DNA of 51,850 nucleotides from Octopus bimaculoides (taxonomy: Eukaryota): assembly GCF_001194135.2 (NCBI RefSeq), contig NC_068986.1:61974698-62026547 (forward strand), in the 5' to 3' direction. The translations under genes were made by a program, and so were the position numbers. Shown piece by piece: positions 35,393 to 48,004 of the stretch. Each line of letters starts with the position of its first letter. The stretch's first letter is position 1. The notes beneath the pieces are model-generated. The model searched no databases, was not told where the DNA came from, and saw nothing but the letters and a program-made list of their open reading frames with translations.

Positions 35393-38197
35393 CAAAGGTT
35401 AGCTGAAAAGATCATAGGCTGACCAAGATACACTCATGGAATCTGACCAAATGAGGTTTGTTTTTCAACATAGTCTCCCTTTTTTGCCCACACACTTCTT
35501 CCATTAGTGTTGCAATACTTTCATCCCATTGGTGAAGATGCTTTCATCCTGTTTATCAAAGAAGTCAGCAACAGCAGATGTGAAATCTTCATCACTGCAA
35601 TACTGACTCCCAACCAAGAGTTTTTTCCCATGTTGGGAAATAGATGATAGTCAGATGGGGCCAAATCACAAGAATGGGGTGGATGGTGGGGTGGTTTTAT
35701 CAACCAGTTCAAAGCTACAGTCAAGGATAGCAGCCATTAGAACCAAGGACTTGCATGCTGGAGTACTGTCCTGATGAAACAACACTCCTTTCACCAGTTT
35801 TCCTGGACATTTGGTCTTGATAGTCTTTGTAATTACCTCCGCAAGTTGGCGTAATATTCTCCATTGATGGTGTGGCCCTTTTGAAGATAATCAATGAACA
35901 CAGTCCCTTTTACACCCTCAAAAACTTATGACATCACCTTCCCTGCAAATGAAATGACCTTGGCTTTCTTTGGAGCAGGTAGGGAGGAGTGTTTCCACTT
36001 TATGGATTGTCTCTTTGTCTCTGGCTCAAAGTGATGAAGGTGACACTCATTTTTGGTTACGAAATGTTCAAGGAAACTAGTTGAATCTGCCTCAAGCTGT
36101 GTCATATTCCTGTAATGTAATCAACCTGGTGCACTTATGATCAGGTGTCAGAAGACATGGCACCTCCCAGCAGAAATGTTTGTTATGCCAAGTTCATTGT
36201 GCAGAGTATTCTCTACTCTCATGAAATACACTAACAACATTGCCTTTTCAATTTATGCTTGTCATCCATCACCATGTGCTGAACACAAGCAATGTTTTCC
36301 TTGGTGGTGGCAATTGCAGGATGTCTAGACCTTGGGTTATCTTCAAAACACTTGGTTCTCCCTCCTAAATTCAGCTATCCACTTTTGCCCTGTTGATAAA
36401 GCTGGAACATCATCCCCTAATGTAGCAAGCATGTCAGCATGAATGTCGTTGGGGGCTTAAACCCTTTTCTACAGATACTTGATAACACCATCATGCCAAG
36501 TTTTATCCATTTTCGAGAGAAATTGCTAGTAGTTACTTTTGAAGTTTTCTTTGAACAGTCAGATGTCAGTTTACTTGGAAAGAAAGAATCATTCAACTAC
36601 AGTAGTAGTTGAATAATATTCTTAAGGCTGCAATTTGCTCACATGCAGCACCTTTCAGAGCTTGTTGCTAATTCAGTTCTTAACTAAATTGAAAACATTT
36701 TTGAAGAGGACTGGTCCCTAGCTACATTTTGGCATAAAAAAATTGAGATTTGATCCAGTAGAAAAAAGATTACATCAAAATTTGTAGCAACGTTATAGGA
36801 AAGTAACGCCCCCAATCAAGTTTAGATCTAAATAACTTCTTTATTTTAAAAGCAAAATATATTTATCTTAGCTTCAATGAGAGAAGAAAGCATGAAAAAT
36901 TTCATAGTTTTGTTCCCATTCAACAAAAATTTGTATCAAAAATAAGACAAAAAATTGGATTCAAACATAATTAACTTTTTTATTTTAAACTATATTTTAA
37001 TAAAGCTTAAATGATAGAGCTCAGTTCAAGGAATTTCATGGTATCAATCTCATGCAGTGAAGTTTTAAAAGAAAAAAGTTATGAATGTTTGTTTCTCAAA
37101 TTTGAGGGTGATAATACAGTTCTATACTTTTTTATGAATATAGTTCTATAATGGGACTTTTAATATATGCCACTGGTGTCATTGAGGTAAGGAAAAAATT
37201 ATCAATGGCACTGCTAATTGACACATTTGACATTAGTAATTAGCATAATAACATAGCCTGGAAAAAACATGGATTACACGGAAAAATGTGAGCAAGAGAA
37301 ATAATATTCTTAAGATTATAAACCTGGAAAATTACAGGATAAGTTATTACACTTGGAAAAGTTCAGAACAACTTATTACATCTGGTAAAGTACAGATCAA
37401 GAAAATTTTTATTTAAAATATTGCAGCTAAGGATAAAATTCAAATATTAAAAATTATTTGATTTTAATTTACAAAGTAACATTATAATTAAAAAAAGGTA
37501 CCATCATTTTGTTAAGAATACTTAAAAAATGAGAGCCAAAAATACCAATGTAGCTAAAGTTTTATGCAAAGTAGAATAGTATATATGGTAAACAAATTCA
37601 TTATGTAAAAAATAGGCATTGAGTCAAGACTAAAAATGTGAAGACTTTGCAAGAACTCAAGCAAATTTTACTGTGAATTTGTTGTTATAGTAAGATTTTA
37701 TTGTAATATATAACTAATTTTTGTATTATTCTATTTATTGTACTAATTATGTACTACCCATTTTCAAATTTCCAATTATTAATTAATAATTAAAAAAACA
37801 TTTTTTAAAGTGCAAAAAATATTTTAATAGAAGTAACAAATAATATCAAATAGAAGTAATAACTTGTAATAAAATTTTTACTTTTAATAAAAGCTAATAT
37901 TTTCTAAATCTAAATATTTTATTTGAAATTTTATCCTTAGCTGCAATATTTTAAGTAAAAATTTTCTTGTTCTGTACTTTACCAGATGTAATAAGTTGTC
38001 CTGAACTTTTCCAAGTATAATAACTTGTCCTGTAATTTTCCAGGCTTATAAAACCTTAAGAATATTATTGTTCTTGCTCGCATTTTCCCATGTAATACAG
38101 TTATGAATAAGAAGAATTGAAATTAATGCATGCAAGGATTCAAAGCTCTAGCATCATTCCTTCATAGTCAGCCTATGAACTTTTCAGCCCACCCTCA
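35393..38197 (-). mobile_element. Full-extent mariner element with nested insertions
   Basis: TA-flanked TIRs caaaggttagctgaaaagatcataggctgac and gtcagcctatgaacttttcagcccaccctca. Transposase ATG at 36510 (MDKTWH.GVIKYL), later HPPHSCDLAPSDYHLFPNM; ~1.4 kb of extra DNA at ~36720-38100. Confidence 0.85.
37271..38098. mobile_element. Foldback/long-TIR non-autonomous element
   Basis: ~180-bp imperfect inverted arms (37271-37446 vs 37920-38098), each with tandem 29-bp subunits, around an AT-rich non-coding spacer. Confidence 0.75.
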
Positions 38198-39101
38198 TAC
38201 ATAATTATCAGTTTTAATATATTCATCATTGTGCCACTGAAAGGAATACTGGTCATTAGTGTCCATGGATACTTTTCTAATGATATATTGCTATTGATTT
38301 TCTTTCTGCCAACTTGACTCCTAAACATCTTTATTATTTATTCTCCAATCAATTTTTGCACTAACTATTTCCCTCATTTGTTGGTGCATTAGTCTAAAAA
38401 AATATTAAAAATTTTTCTTTCTCCTTTCTGAATAAATAATAAGCTACATAAATAAAGCAACTAATTTCTTTCTTGCTGTAACTATTGATTTAGGTCTTGT
38501 TAGTATTGGTTACAATGAAGCAGACTTGTTCAAGCCAGCCTGTGTTTGTTTGTTTGGACAACATTATGATCTCATTTAAGAACATTGTAAAACCTTTCCT
38601 TGTTAAATGTCATCTGATTGTTGGAATTATCAGAAATACACTTATGGATTTTTCTTGGTAGTTTGAGTCCCTAGTAGTGACCATTTATTATTATTATTAG
38701 AGTTGAATGGTAAGAATAATACAATGATCCCTTTTAAGCATAATCTTTTCTCTCAAAATTCAGAGAATAAGAGAGATCTGGTGAAACAGGAGGAAATGAA
38801 TTTTGCTTGTTATTTGTCGCTGGCATAAAAATTCATGAATACTAGTGGCAGTAAAATTATGAGTGTCAAAATTTGGTAAAGCTTCATAATAATTCATTTT
38901 TTCATATTTAACACATATACATGTACTATGTATGTGTACAACCCCCGCCCACATTCCTTAATTTCCTGCCATATCAACATACACTTATATTGTTTTTGAT
39001 GGAAGTATTTAGTTTGCTTCTCAAGAACAATTAAGGATTTTTTCTTCTAATGTATTATTAAAAGAAAACACAGCATTACAAGAAAACAATTGTAATATAT
39101 A

Positions 39102-39315
39102 CAGGGTGTGGCAAAAAAACAAAACAAAAAAACCTTCCCTCATGTTACAGATTGACATATGTTTCAACAGCAAATGTATGGTTTGCATTAGCCCAAACCA
39201 TGACAGTAACTGAGAGGAAAAATGTTACATGAAGATACTATTACCACAGCCTGACTTCACAAGCTAATATACATCAAAATAAGACAAAAGTTGGAAGTTT
39301 TTCTGCTGGACCCTG
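39102..39315. mobile_element. Tc1/mariner-type MITE
   Basis: TA|CAGGGTG...CCCTG|TA termini with imperfect TIRs extending to ttcc / ggaag. Confidence 0.65.
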
Positions 39316-39506
39316 TATCTATTTTGTGAATCTTAACAATTATAAGATGTTAGTATAAAAATGACTTGAGGAAAGTTTCTGAGAACTGAAAGAGTTGAAA
39401 TGATTTAGTATTAAAATGAACCCTTTTTTAACTTCTTATATGGCTCAATTAATTTTCAGTTTAATCATAATTTTGGAAGAGTTTAATAAAATATCAGCAA
39501 CTATAT

Positions 39507-40492
39507 ATCGGGTCATCCCATAAATAATGTGGTTTTTCAATTGCATGAACTAAAAGTCAGAGGGGGTGGGGAAGATAAACTACCAGCATCAACTTGCTAT
39601 AAAATAAGGTAGTAATTTTACCTTGTCCTTATTCTTAGTGCAAGTTTTGAAGAGTGCAGTTCGATTTTAATTACTTTTTCAAAGCTATAATGGAAATGAC
39701 AAAGGAATATATTCAGCATATTTTGCTTTATGAGTTCAATAAAGGCAACAACATAATGGAAGGTGCAAAGAATATTAATTCATTATATGGGAATTGGACA
39801 ATAAATGTAAGCCAGTGTCAATGGTGGTTCCAGAAATTCCGAGCTGCAAACTACAGCCTAGCTGATGAGCCTCATCCTGGAAGATCTGTAGAGCTCAATG
39901 AGGGCATCCTGCAAACCCTAGTGTAACAAAATCCCATTGTAACAGTTGAGGAACTAATGGAGAAGCTTGGATTTGGTCATTCAACCATTCATTGACACCT
40001 GGTGCTATAGGAAAAGTCAGCAAATTGGGTCAGTCGGTTCCTCACAATAATTACAAGTCCTCACAAACATTTTGAGTCTAATCATATGCAAAGAGTGAAT
40101 GTGTGCTCTTCTTTGCTGTCACATCTCATGAATGAACCTTTTTTGGACCAAGTAATGACTGGTGATGAGATGGGTTCTCTATAAAAATGTCAAGTGCCGA
40201 AGACAGTGTGTAGGGAAAGGAGAAACACTGACACTTCAGGCTAAAGAAGGTCTTCACCCATGTAAAGTGTTGCTATTTGTTTGGTGGGATACTCTCTTTT
40301 CTCTTTCACTTGTTTCAGTCATTTGACTGTGGCCATGCTGGAGTACTGCCTTTAGTCGAGCAAATCGACCCCAGGACTTATTCTTTGTAAGCCTAGTACT
40401 TATTCTATCGGTCTCTTTTTGCCGAACCGCTAAGTTACGGATGTAAACACACCAGCATCGGTTGTCAAGCGATGTTGGGGGGGACAAACACA

Positions 40493-40556
<64 letters not shown>

Positions 40557-41115
40557 TATATACGACAGGCTTCTTTCAGTTTCCCTCTGCCAAATCCACT
40601 CACAAGGCTTTGGTCGGCCCGAGAAGACACTTGCCCAAAGTGCCAGGCAGTGGGACTGAATCCGGAACCATGTGGTTGGTAAGCAAGCTACTTACCACAC
40701 AGCCATGATGTGAAAGGTTTAGTCCACTTTGAACTTTTAAACCCAAACCAAATGACAACAAAGATCTACTGTGAGCAGCTTAAGTTGGCGCTAGAAGAAA
40801 AGCAACCTTCTTTGGTTTCAAGACGAAAGTTGTTCTTCCATCAGGATAATGCTTGGCTACATACAGTGAGGGTGACATTCCAAAGGCTGGAGAATTTTGA
40901 ATGGGAGATGATGCTCCACCCACCATATCCGCTGGACATTGTCCCATCTGTTTATCTATTTCGCAGTCTTCAAAATCATTTGGACGGAAAAAATAAATTC
41001 TGTAGACGATGTCAGAACAGTATTGAAGGGGTATTTTTCGTCATGGACAAGTGAATTTTGGAAGAGGGGCCTTGCAAGTTTACCAGATAGATAGAAGAGC
41101 ATTGTACTATTATTA
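39507..41115 (+). mobile_element. mariner transposon (second family), pseudogenised, interrupted by a SINE
   Basis: MEMTKEYIQHILLYEFNKG...QWWFQKFRA..SLADEPHPGR, then KGLVHFELL, FHQDNAWLH and HPPYPLDIVPS; 3' TIR not found. Confidence 0.85.
40291..40705 (-). mobile_element. tRNA-derived SINE (family A), full length, with (CA)n
   Basis: Collinear with 13115-13489; long (CA)n at ~40495-40553; inserted in the mariner ORF. Confidence 0.9.
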
Positions 41116-41499
41116 CTAAAGACCAATGACAAAAAATCGTCATCGTCTATGTCCTCTAAGAGAGCATTGCTGAATTCCATGTTTCCTTTTGTCACCAACA
41201 CAAGCTTGTACAATTTATAATCTGTATAGCTTCATGGTAAAACATTGCCTTAACACATGCCACAGAGTTAAGTCCTCTGCTCAAACACCTGTTGAATTCT
41301 TCACACATTTTTATCAGATGTGCATGGTCGACCTGGACTTTCCCCCTTGCACCAACATCCAGTTTCTTCAAACTGCCTATACCAATGACATTTGTTCTTT
41401 GACAGTGGTGGATTAATGCTTAAAGTGGTAATGAAATACAAACTGAACTGAAATTACTGATTCACTAAACTGTAGAATGCAAAACACCTTCTGTTGAGC

Positions 41500-41682
41500 A
41501 GACCACATCTTGCCAGTTACTAGAGTTTACATTGAAAATTAAGGCATGGATCAACCTCTAGCGGTGATTCCTTAAAACTGTAGACCATGCCAATTTCAGC
41601 CACACACATTTCAATTGCTGGACGCTCATAGTTTCAAAAAACTGATACATTTAAATTGAGTCATTCTTTTTGAAACACCCTG
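41500..41682. mobile_element. Tc1/mariner-type terminal fragment
   Basis: Ends tctttttgaaacaccctg|TA, a CAGGGTG-type TIR. Confidence 0.5.
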
Positions 41683-42762
41683 TAATTATGTATTTTAATC
41701 AAATACAATTCTAAAAAAATTTTTGTTCATTTTTTAATGTGGTACAGTCTGATCATTACTGAATGTTTTTTATTGTTTGTATTTTTAAAAATATTTTTTT
41801 TTGTTGTTTAGCCCCAAGTTAACCCTGATTGAGCTGACCTATGATCAGTGGCATTCTCTTTTTTTAAGTGTATCTGTGATTTCAGGGAGGTTGACTGTTA
41901 CATCTTGTAATTTGAACAACCACTTAGAGACTTCTTTGTTGGCTCACATATATTAAACATTTTATTTACTTTATATTTTTTGTCCTCTTTTGCACTACTA
42001 TTGTTAACAACTTGCTGCAATGCGATTTACAGATTTACTGCAGTCATTTTCATTTTGTCAAAGGCCTCCTATTCATTACCCTAAAATGCTTTATTTTGTA
42101 TTATAAAGTCTCCCCACTCTCCTTTAAATAAATGATTGCCATGACAACTACTCTTCTAATGTTTGCCTTCTATGAATAATTCTTTAATATTGAATGGTTT
42201 TAATAAATTTTAGCGCACCATTTACTTTCACCCTTCTGTTTACCTGTTTCTATTTCAAATAATTTGAGCTTTCTAGCAACAATGAAAATAAATTTAATGT
42301 TATTTTAGAATTTCTTTTTTGAAAATCTTAAATTGTTTGTAATGTATTCATATGTTTTATATACATATGTATACATTTTATTTTGCTGTACACAACAGGA
42401 ATCAAAAACATTGATTCAAAATGGGTTTATAGTATTACTTGAAATCTGAAGTTTATTATTTGATCATTAACAACTATTTAATCACAAAGACTATCAGTTC
42501 ATTTTATTTTGGTTAAACTCCCAAACAAAATTTGATGATTTAATACTTGAAGATCTTTCCTGACTTGATCATTTAGTTTATTTATATTAATCTTATTTCT
42601 GCCTGTAAGTTTTGCAAATCTCCTTTGTTTACTAACCTTTTTTTCATTGTCTTAGATCTGGTTGTTCACTCATACAGGACATATGAATAACCATGTATAG
42701 CGAAACTATATTGGGTTGCAATCTGCTCAATGCTTCACCTGGCATAATATCAGTAAGGAAGA

Positions 42763-42900
42763 GGGGCATTCTTGAAATGGCCATACAAGTTTTAGAGGTA
42801 TTAGACTATTAGAAGCACTACACTTAACTCTACACATTACAATTCATTTAGATGTATGAAAGAGGTACCAAATAGTTTGAGTTAGTACATCTAACAGACC
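42763..42900 (+). repeat. Unclassified repeat, left member of an inverted pair
   Basis: ggggcattcttgaaatggc...ggtaccaaatagtttgagttagtacatctaacaga matches the reverse complement of 45495-45686. Confidence 0.75.
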
Positions 42901-43789
42901 ATACTAGAATATAAAGTTTCAGAGTACTCTTTATATGCTAGTTGTTCCACTACATGGCTTAACTACTCCTTTCAGTGTATGCAAACGGGTCTTCTTTATG
43001 TATAATTTAGGTGTATCTATACTATGACGGAGAAAGCTGCTTATTAATTAGGTATGTAACAATTACTAAAAGTACTGGAAAGGAGCAATTATTAAAGGGT
43101 TGACCGTCTGGAAATATTATTATAAATTCACGTTCTAAGAATATTTCCTATAATTTTGATTTCTGAAGTTTCTTGAATTTTTTAATTCCTATTTCTTGCA
43201 AATTTAAATATTCACTGTGTCCAATTCATCACAAATTTAAATATTCATTGCGGAGTATTCCATTTTCATTTGCAAAGTCTCTCACTTTCTCTTTTAAGTG
43301 CACCTTATTCACAGTTTCCAAACACATCTTCAACAGTGACACACACACACACTAATACACAGTCACACATACACATAGATATGCATACACACAAATGAAA
43401 GGCAGTTTGTGTGTGTGCATGCTGTTCACTGACAAAACTTTGTGCTGCATCACTTTTGTGAAGTTTTGTCAGTGAACAGGTCACGGTTTCAAAGTGACAG
43501 AAATATTTTGACACAAATGAAGTTTTAATGTTGAAGTGAAACTAATGGTATTTGTGTGTTCTTGAATGGTTTACAAATATCTTCCATGCTGCAATTGTTT
43601 TTATTTCAGCACATGATCTCAGATCAAGTCGCTTGCTATGCAAGTACATCTCCATAATTTTTTTAAATCACTGGATAAATGCCAGCAATGACCTTCTCAG
43701 GCTCTCCAATATTTTAATTTCTAAACAGAAACAATTGGGGGCAAAAAATTCATAATTTCTCAAATTTTATTTTTCATAGCATATAAATG

Positions 43790-44420
43790 TATTTATGGGG
43801 AAAAAATTTTGAAAAACAATACATGCGAGAGTGATAAAGAAACGAGGAGGGTTGTCTTTGGATGTGCTAGAAACAGCATCCAAATCGCCCTTAAATCATT
43901 TTTCCTCTTTGAAAATATTAACAATTAAAAAATTTTTTTTACTGAAAATGCTCTTCCCATGGTTTTGAAGTGCAAAAGAAAAATGGCCAAAATAGGTCCA
44001 GAGTGGGATGATGAGAGAGGGGTGTGTAAAAAAGAGAGTTTTTAAAATGTTTTGTACAAAGAAACCGCCCCCACCCCATCATTTTGAAGGCTGCAGCTTG
44101 AAAAAAGGGGGTGAAATCCCCGAAAAAATTTACCTCACAAATTTCTTTATAATCATAATCTAATGCTGTTTGAAAGGGATTTGTATAAATTTTCATAAAA
44201 TGATACCCATCTTCCTGGAAGTTATGAGGGAAAAAAGTCAGATCGGGTAAATTTTCTGAAAACTCCTCTCTCCATCCCCTTGCAAAAATTCTTTCCCATA
44301 AATCCCTATATACTCTGAAGCCACAACATCTAAGCTGTGTTTGTAGAAAATTTTATTAAAAAGTATCCATTTTTCTGGTTCTTATGAGACGACAAAGTCG
44401 GGGATGTAGGAATGCCCTTT
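43790..44420. repeat. DINE-1/HINE-like interspersed repeat remnant
   Basis: aaattttcataaaatgatacccatcttcctggaagttatgagg resembles the aaatttcatcaaaatcgg...gagttatg motif of DINE-like elements; a similar motif follows at ~44345-44390. Confidence 0.3.
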
Positions 44421-45276
44421 ACTTATCCAAATTTTTCATTTCATGTTTATTTCATTCATTGTTTGCAATGTTCTCTTTCTCTCTCTCTCTCACACACACA
44501 CACACACTGCAAAGCTTAGAGATGGGCTGCTGAATTGAAATCTCTATGTTGCTTTGAGGGGAAGGTAAAACTTGATAAACTGCTTCTCCCTCTGTTGTTG
44601 GACTACCATGATGTTTGTTTAAAAAAGAGAGATTATGGCTGTGATAAAATAATGAAAGTAGTATTTACTAAGAAAGTAAGCACTATTATACAAAGAAATA
44701 ATTAGATGTAAAATATAAAAATTATTAGAAATGGGAATCAAATGTGAAAATATTATCAAGGGGCTAGCAGAAAACTGCTTGGAGGTGGTCTTTCTGCTNN
44801 NNNNNNNNATACTTCAAAATTCATTAGCACAACTAGCAGAAAGACCACCTCCAAGCAGTTTTCTGCTAGCCCCTTGATAATATTTTCACATTTGATTCCC
44901 ATTTCTAATAATTTTTATATTTTACATCCTCTTTTTAACCTCTATTTCCTCCTCAATTTGTTGCAGTCTAATCTAAAGTCAAAGTTTTATGAGCTTAAAG
45001 CCTTACAGTAGATATTTTACCTCATATGTGCATTTCTTTAAGTATTGGTGGTTACTGCTTTGAATGGAAAAGCACTCTTTCTGGTTTATTTTTATAGCCC
45101 TTAATTTTACTGTTTTCTTTTTTGTAATGCAGTTTGATGAATACATTCTTGGTTTTGCTTGTTGACATCACAACATGCTGTCACAAATCATAAGGCTTCA
45201 TTGTAAATGTATCTTAATCCTTAAGGGCTTTAAGTGCTGGTACTTAGCTCTGGTTTCTTAACAATTAGTGAATACA

Positions 45277-45490
45277 GGATGGCAAGCTGGCAGAATCATT
45301 AGCATACTGGGCAAAACACTTAGCAACATTTCATCCATCTTTATGTTTTGAGTTCAAGTTCTGCTGAGGTTAACTTTCTTTCCAGCATTTTGGGGTAGAT
45401 AAAATAAGTACTAATTGAGCACTGGAGTCAATGTAATCAACTTATCCCCTTCTCTGAACTTGTTAGACTTGTGCCAAAACTTGAATACAA
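45277..45490 (+). mobile_element. tRNA-derived SINE (family B)
   Basis: ggcaagctggcagaatcattagc...gagttcaag...gataaaataagtac...ttgtgccaaaacttgaa. Confidence 0.75.
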
Positions 45491-45494
45491 GACT

Positions 45495-45686
45495 GATCTG
45501 TTAGATGTACTAACTCAAACTATTTGGTACCACCTTTGTACTTCTAAATGAATTATAATGTGTAGAATTAAGTATAGTGCTTCTTATACCACACAACGCA
45601 CACTAAAGCATCTAGAGTGGAATTGAAATTTATGAAAAGTCGTCTTATACCTCTAAGACCTGCACAGCCATTTCAAGAATGCCCCC
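45495..45686 (-). repeat. Unclassified repeat, right member of an inverted pair
   Basis: Reverse complement of 42763-42900 plus ~50 extra internal bases. Confidence 0.75.
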
Positions 45687-47363
45687 ACACTCAGTTTGTT
45701 ATTAGAAGTAACTTTCCCTGGTGCTTATTTTCCTGCTAGGTAAACTTACAGCAAGTATAGTTACCTTACCCAGAGAAGCAATGAAACAATCCATTTACTG
45801 ATTGATTATTAAGTCATGTCCTATGAACCAGTATGTTAAGTAGTAGCTTACTCACTGTCATTTCTTCTGGGACTTGGAAAAGACACATTATTAAAATGGC
45901 AATTACTTTGTGTTTTTTCTTTTTTTCACTTTTTAGCATACTGTTATGATGATAATCTTGGATGTAAACTGAATGCAATTTCCCTGGTGTTTTGCAGCAG
46001 CTAAGGCAGAAACTACTTGCATTGAAGAAGGGGAACTGTATCAAACTGGGTTTTTTAAAAAAATATATATATTTTTATAGTTTCATCAATTTCCTTTTTT
46101 ATTAAAGTTAGATTAACAAATAGAAAGGCTTTTTTATTATTATTCATAAGGTTAAGTTTATTTTCTTTAAATTTGTAAGTCATTCCTTGAGACAAAAACT
46201 TATTAAATGCTGTTTACAAGTTTGTAACATGTTCCCATATGTGTGCGCATATGCATAAACATAACATATTCTGAACATGAAGAAACATCTCAGCTTTTAC
46301 AACCTGTTGGTGGCAGCTGTGGCTCATAATAAATTGGAGTTGTTTTAGAAAGTTCTGTTTAGTCTTGATCATAAAACTAACCTGTCTTAATATTCTCAAT
46401 CTGCTTGACCCCTTTTAGTCAATCAGGTGAAACAATGATAAATGTATTTTATGAATGCATGGAAATGTCTCTCTAGTGCCAATGGCACAGTAAAATGCTC
46501 ATAATCAACTCTGTAAGATATATACAACAACAGAGTTGATCTATTCTTTGTTCTCTATATTACTGTGTTTGTGAGATGACACAGACTGCAATGAGTGACA
46601 AGACCCAGTTAACTGATGTCAGTATGGAAAAATGAATGTAAAATAGTGTTTGCGTGATGGGGGTACTTAAAAATGCTTGTAGGATTTGGATCAAAATTTC
46701 TTTATTCTTTTCTTTTTAAACAATGTCTAATTAGTTGATTCTCAGTTTTCCCAAGTATGTTAAAAATATATTTGAGGTTTTACAACTAAAATCTTTAGGG
46801 TTATACTGTAAATATACGAAAGTATAATTTATTTATTTTTTGCTTAGTATAAGCAAGTTTTCTTTCAGATATAATTTGCATAAATTGACCTTTTTTATTG
46901 AAAGTATTTGTGTTCTAAATAGGCACTCAGATTTATAGGAGTGGTAGATTTTTGCAATGGTCATATTATTCTCAAACATGGACATGGCTTGCTAGAAAGT
47001 GACCTTTAAAATACACTCATTAGAATATGATTCATCAAATATCAAAGTTAATTATATTTTTATGGCAGAATGCAAATAGAAATTTTAAAAAATCAATTTT
47101 AGAAATATTTAAAACATTTGATTTGTCAATTCCTATTAAAATTATATTTTCTGTGCATGATATCAAAAACTTGTAATTTTGACAGTTATCTCAAAGTTAG
47201 AAAGAAAACAAATGTTTGCAAGTTAAGGAATAAAGAACTTTCCTTTAAGACTCTTACAGTTGTATAATTGATTTTAAATATAACATACCTTTTGGTTTGC
47301 TTAAATTATGTAGCTATGGACATTTAAGAACTATTGCTACATGTTGTGTGGTCAGATTCTTCT

Positions 47364-47527
47364 TCATCATCATCATCATCATCATCATCATCTAACTTGT
47401 TTTCCATATTGGCATAGATTGGATGGTTTTACAGGATCTAGCAAGCCTCAACCGTAACGAGCTCCAGTGTTAATTTTGGCATGGTTTCTACAGCTTTATG
47501 TCCTTTCTTATGCCAATCACTTTACAG
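47364..47527 (-). mobile_element. RTE-type 3' tail fragment with (CAT)n
   Basis: (CAT)n then ttttccatattggcatagattggatgg...ggtttctacagct: reverse of the RTE tail. Confidence 0.65.
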
Positions 47528-47649
47528 ATTAATTTTGGATTATATTAATTCTTATTTCAGTATAACTTCCTCCATATTATTTACAAAACTATGAATGGGG
47601 AAGTGCTTCTGTTTCTGGAAGCAAATCAACATTTTTTTGTTCTCTGCAT

Positions 47650-47990
47650 GGCATCGTAGGAAGGTGTCTTCTACTGCAGCCATGGCCTGATCAAAGCCGT
47701 GCAAATGATTTGGCAAAGAGAAGCTGAAAGCAGCCTGTTGTGTCTGCATATGTACACATGCACACATGCGTATGTATGTCTGCATGTTTGTCTTTAGCAC
47801 CTCTCTGAAAATCACTCAGCTTTGGGTGGTAATGTTGCTTTCAGTTCCCCTGTCAATGAGTTTTTTCTTACTTTTCCACCTTTGAAATTGTGTGGGTGTT
47901 ATTGACAGGAAAAGAATCTGGCTGTAAAATAATACCCCAATAATATATTCATCTAACTCATGCTAGCATGGAAAAATGGATATAAAGTAA
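47650..47990 (+). mobile_element. Old SINE (family A body, RTE-like tail)
   Basis: gtgtcttctactgcagcc...gatcaaagcc...gaagctgaaagcagcc; tail aactcatgctagcatggaaaaatggat. Confidence 0.5.
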
Positions 47991-48004
47991 CAGGAAAATA
48001 GTAC

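Noticed and set aside
37324-37400. CRISPR-like short repeats
   Set aside because: Units are directly adjacent with no unique spacers, and the context is a eukaryotic transposon TIR.
40254-40708. ORFs with CV/HT repeats (also 6623-7055 and 51050-51410)
   Set aside because: Translations of (CA)n, (TG/TA)n and (TCAC)n microsatellites.
41189-41416. Reverse-transcriptase remnant (QTAYTNDI resembling YADD)
   Set aside because: Single weak motif with no supporting RT domains.
44705-44928. Perfect ~94-bp inverted repeat
   Set aside because: The arms flank a 10-N gap (44799-44808) and appear identical; most likely a scaffolding or read-chimera artefact.
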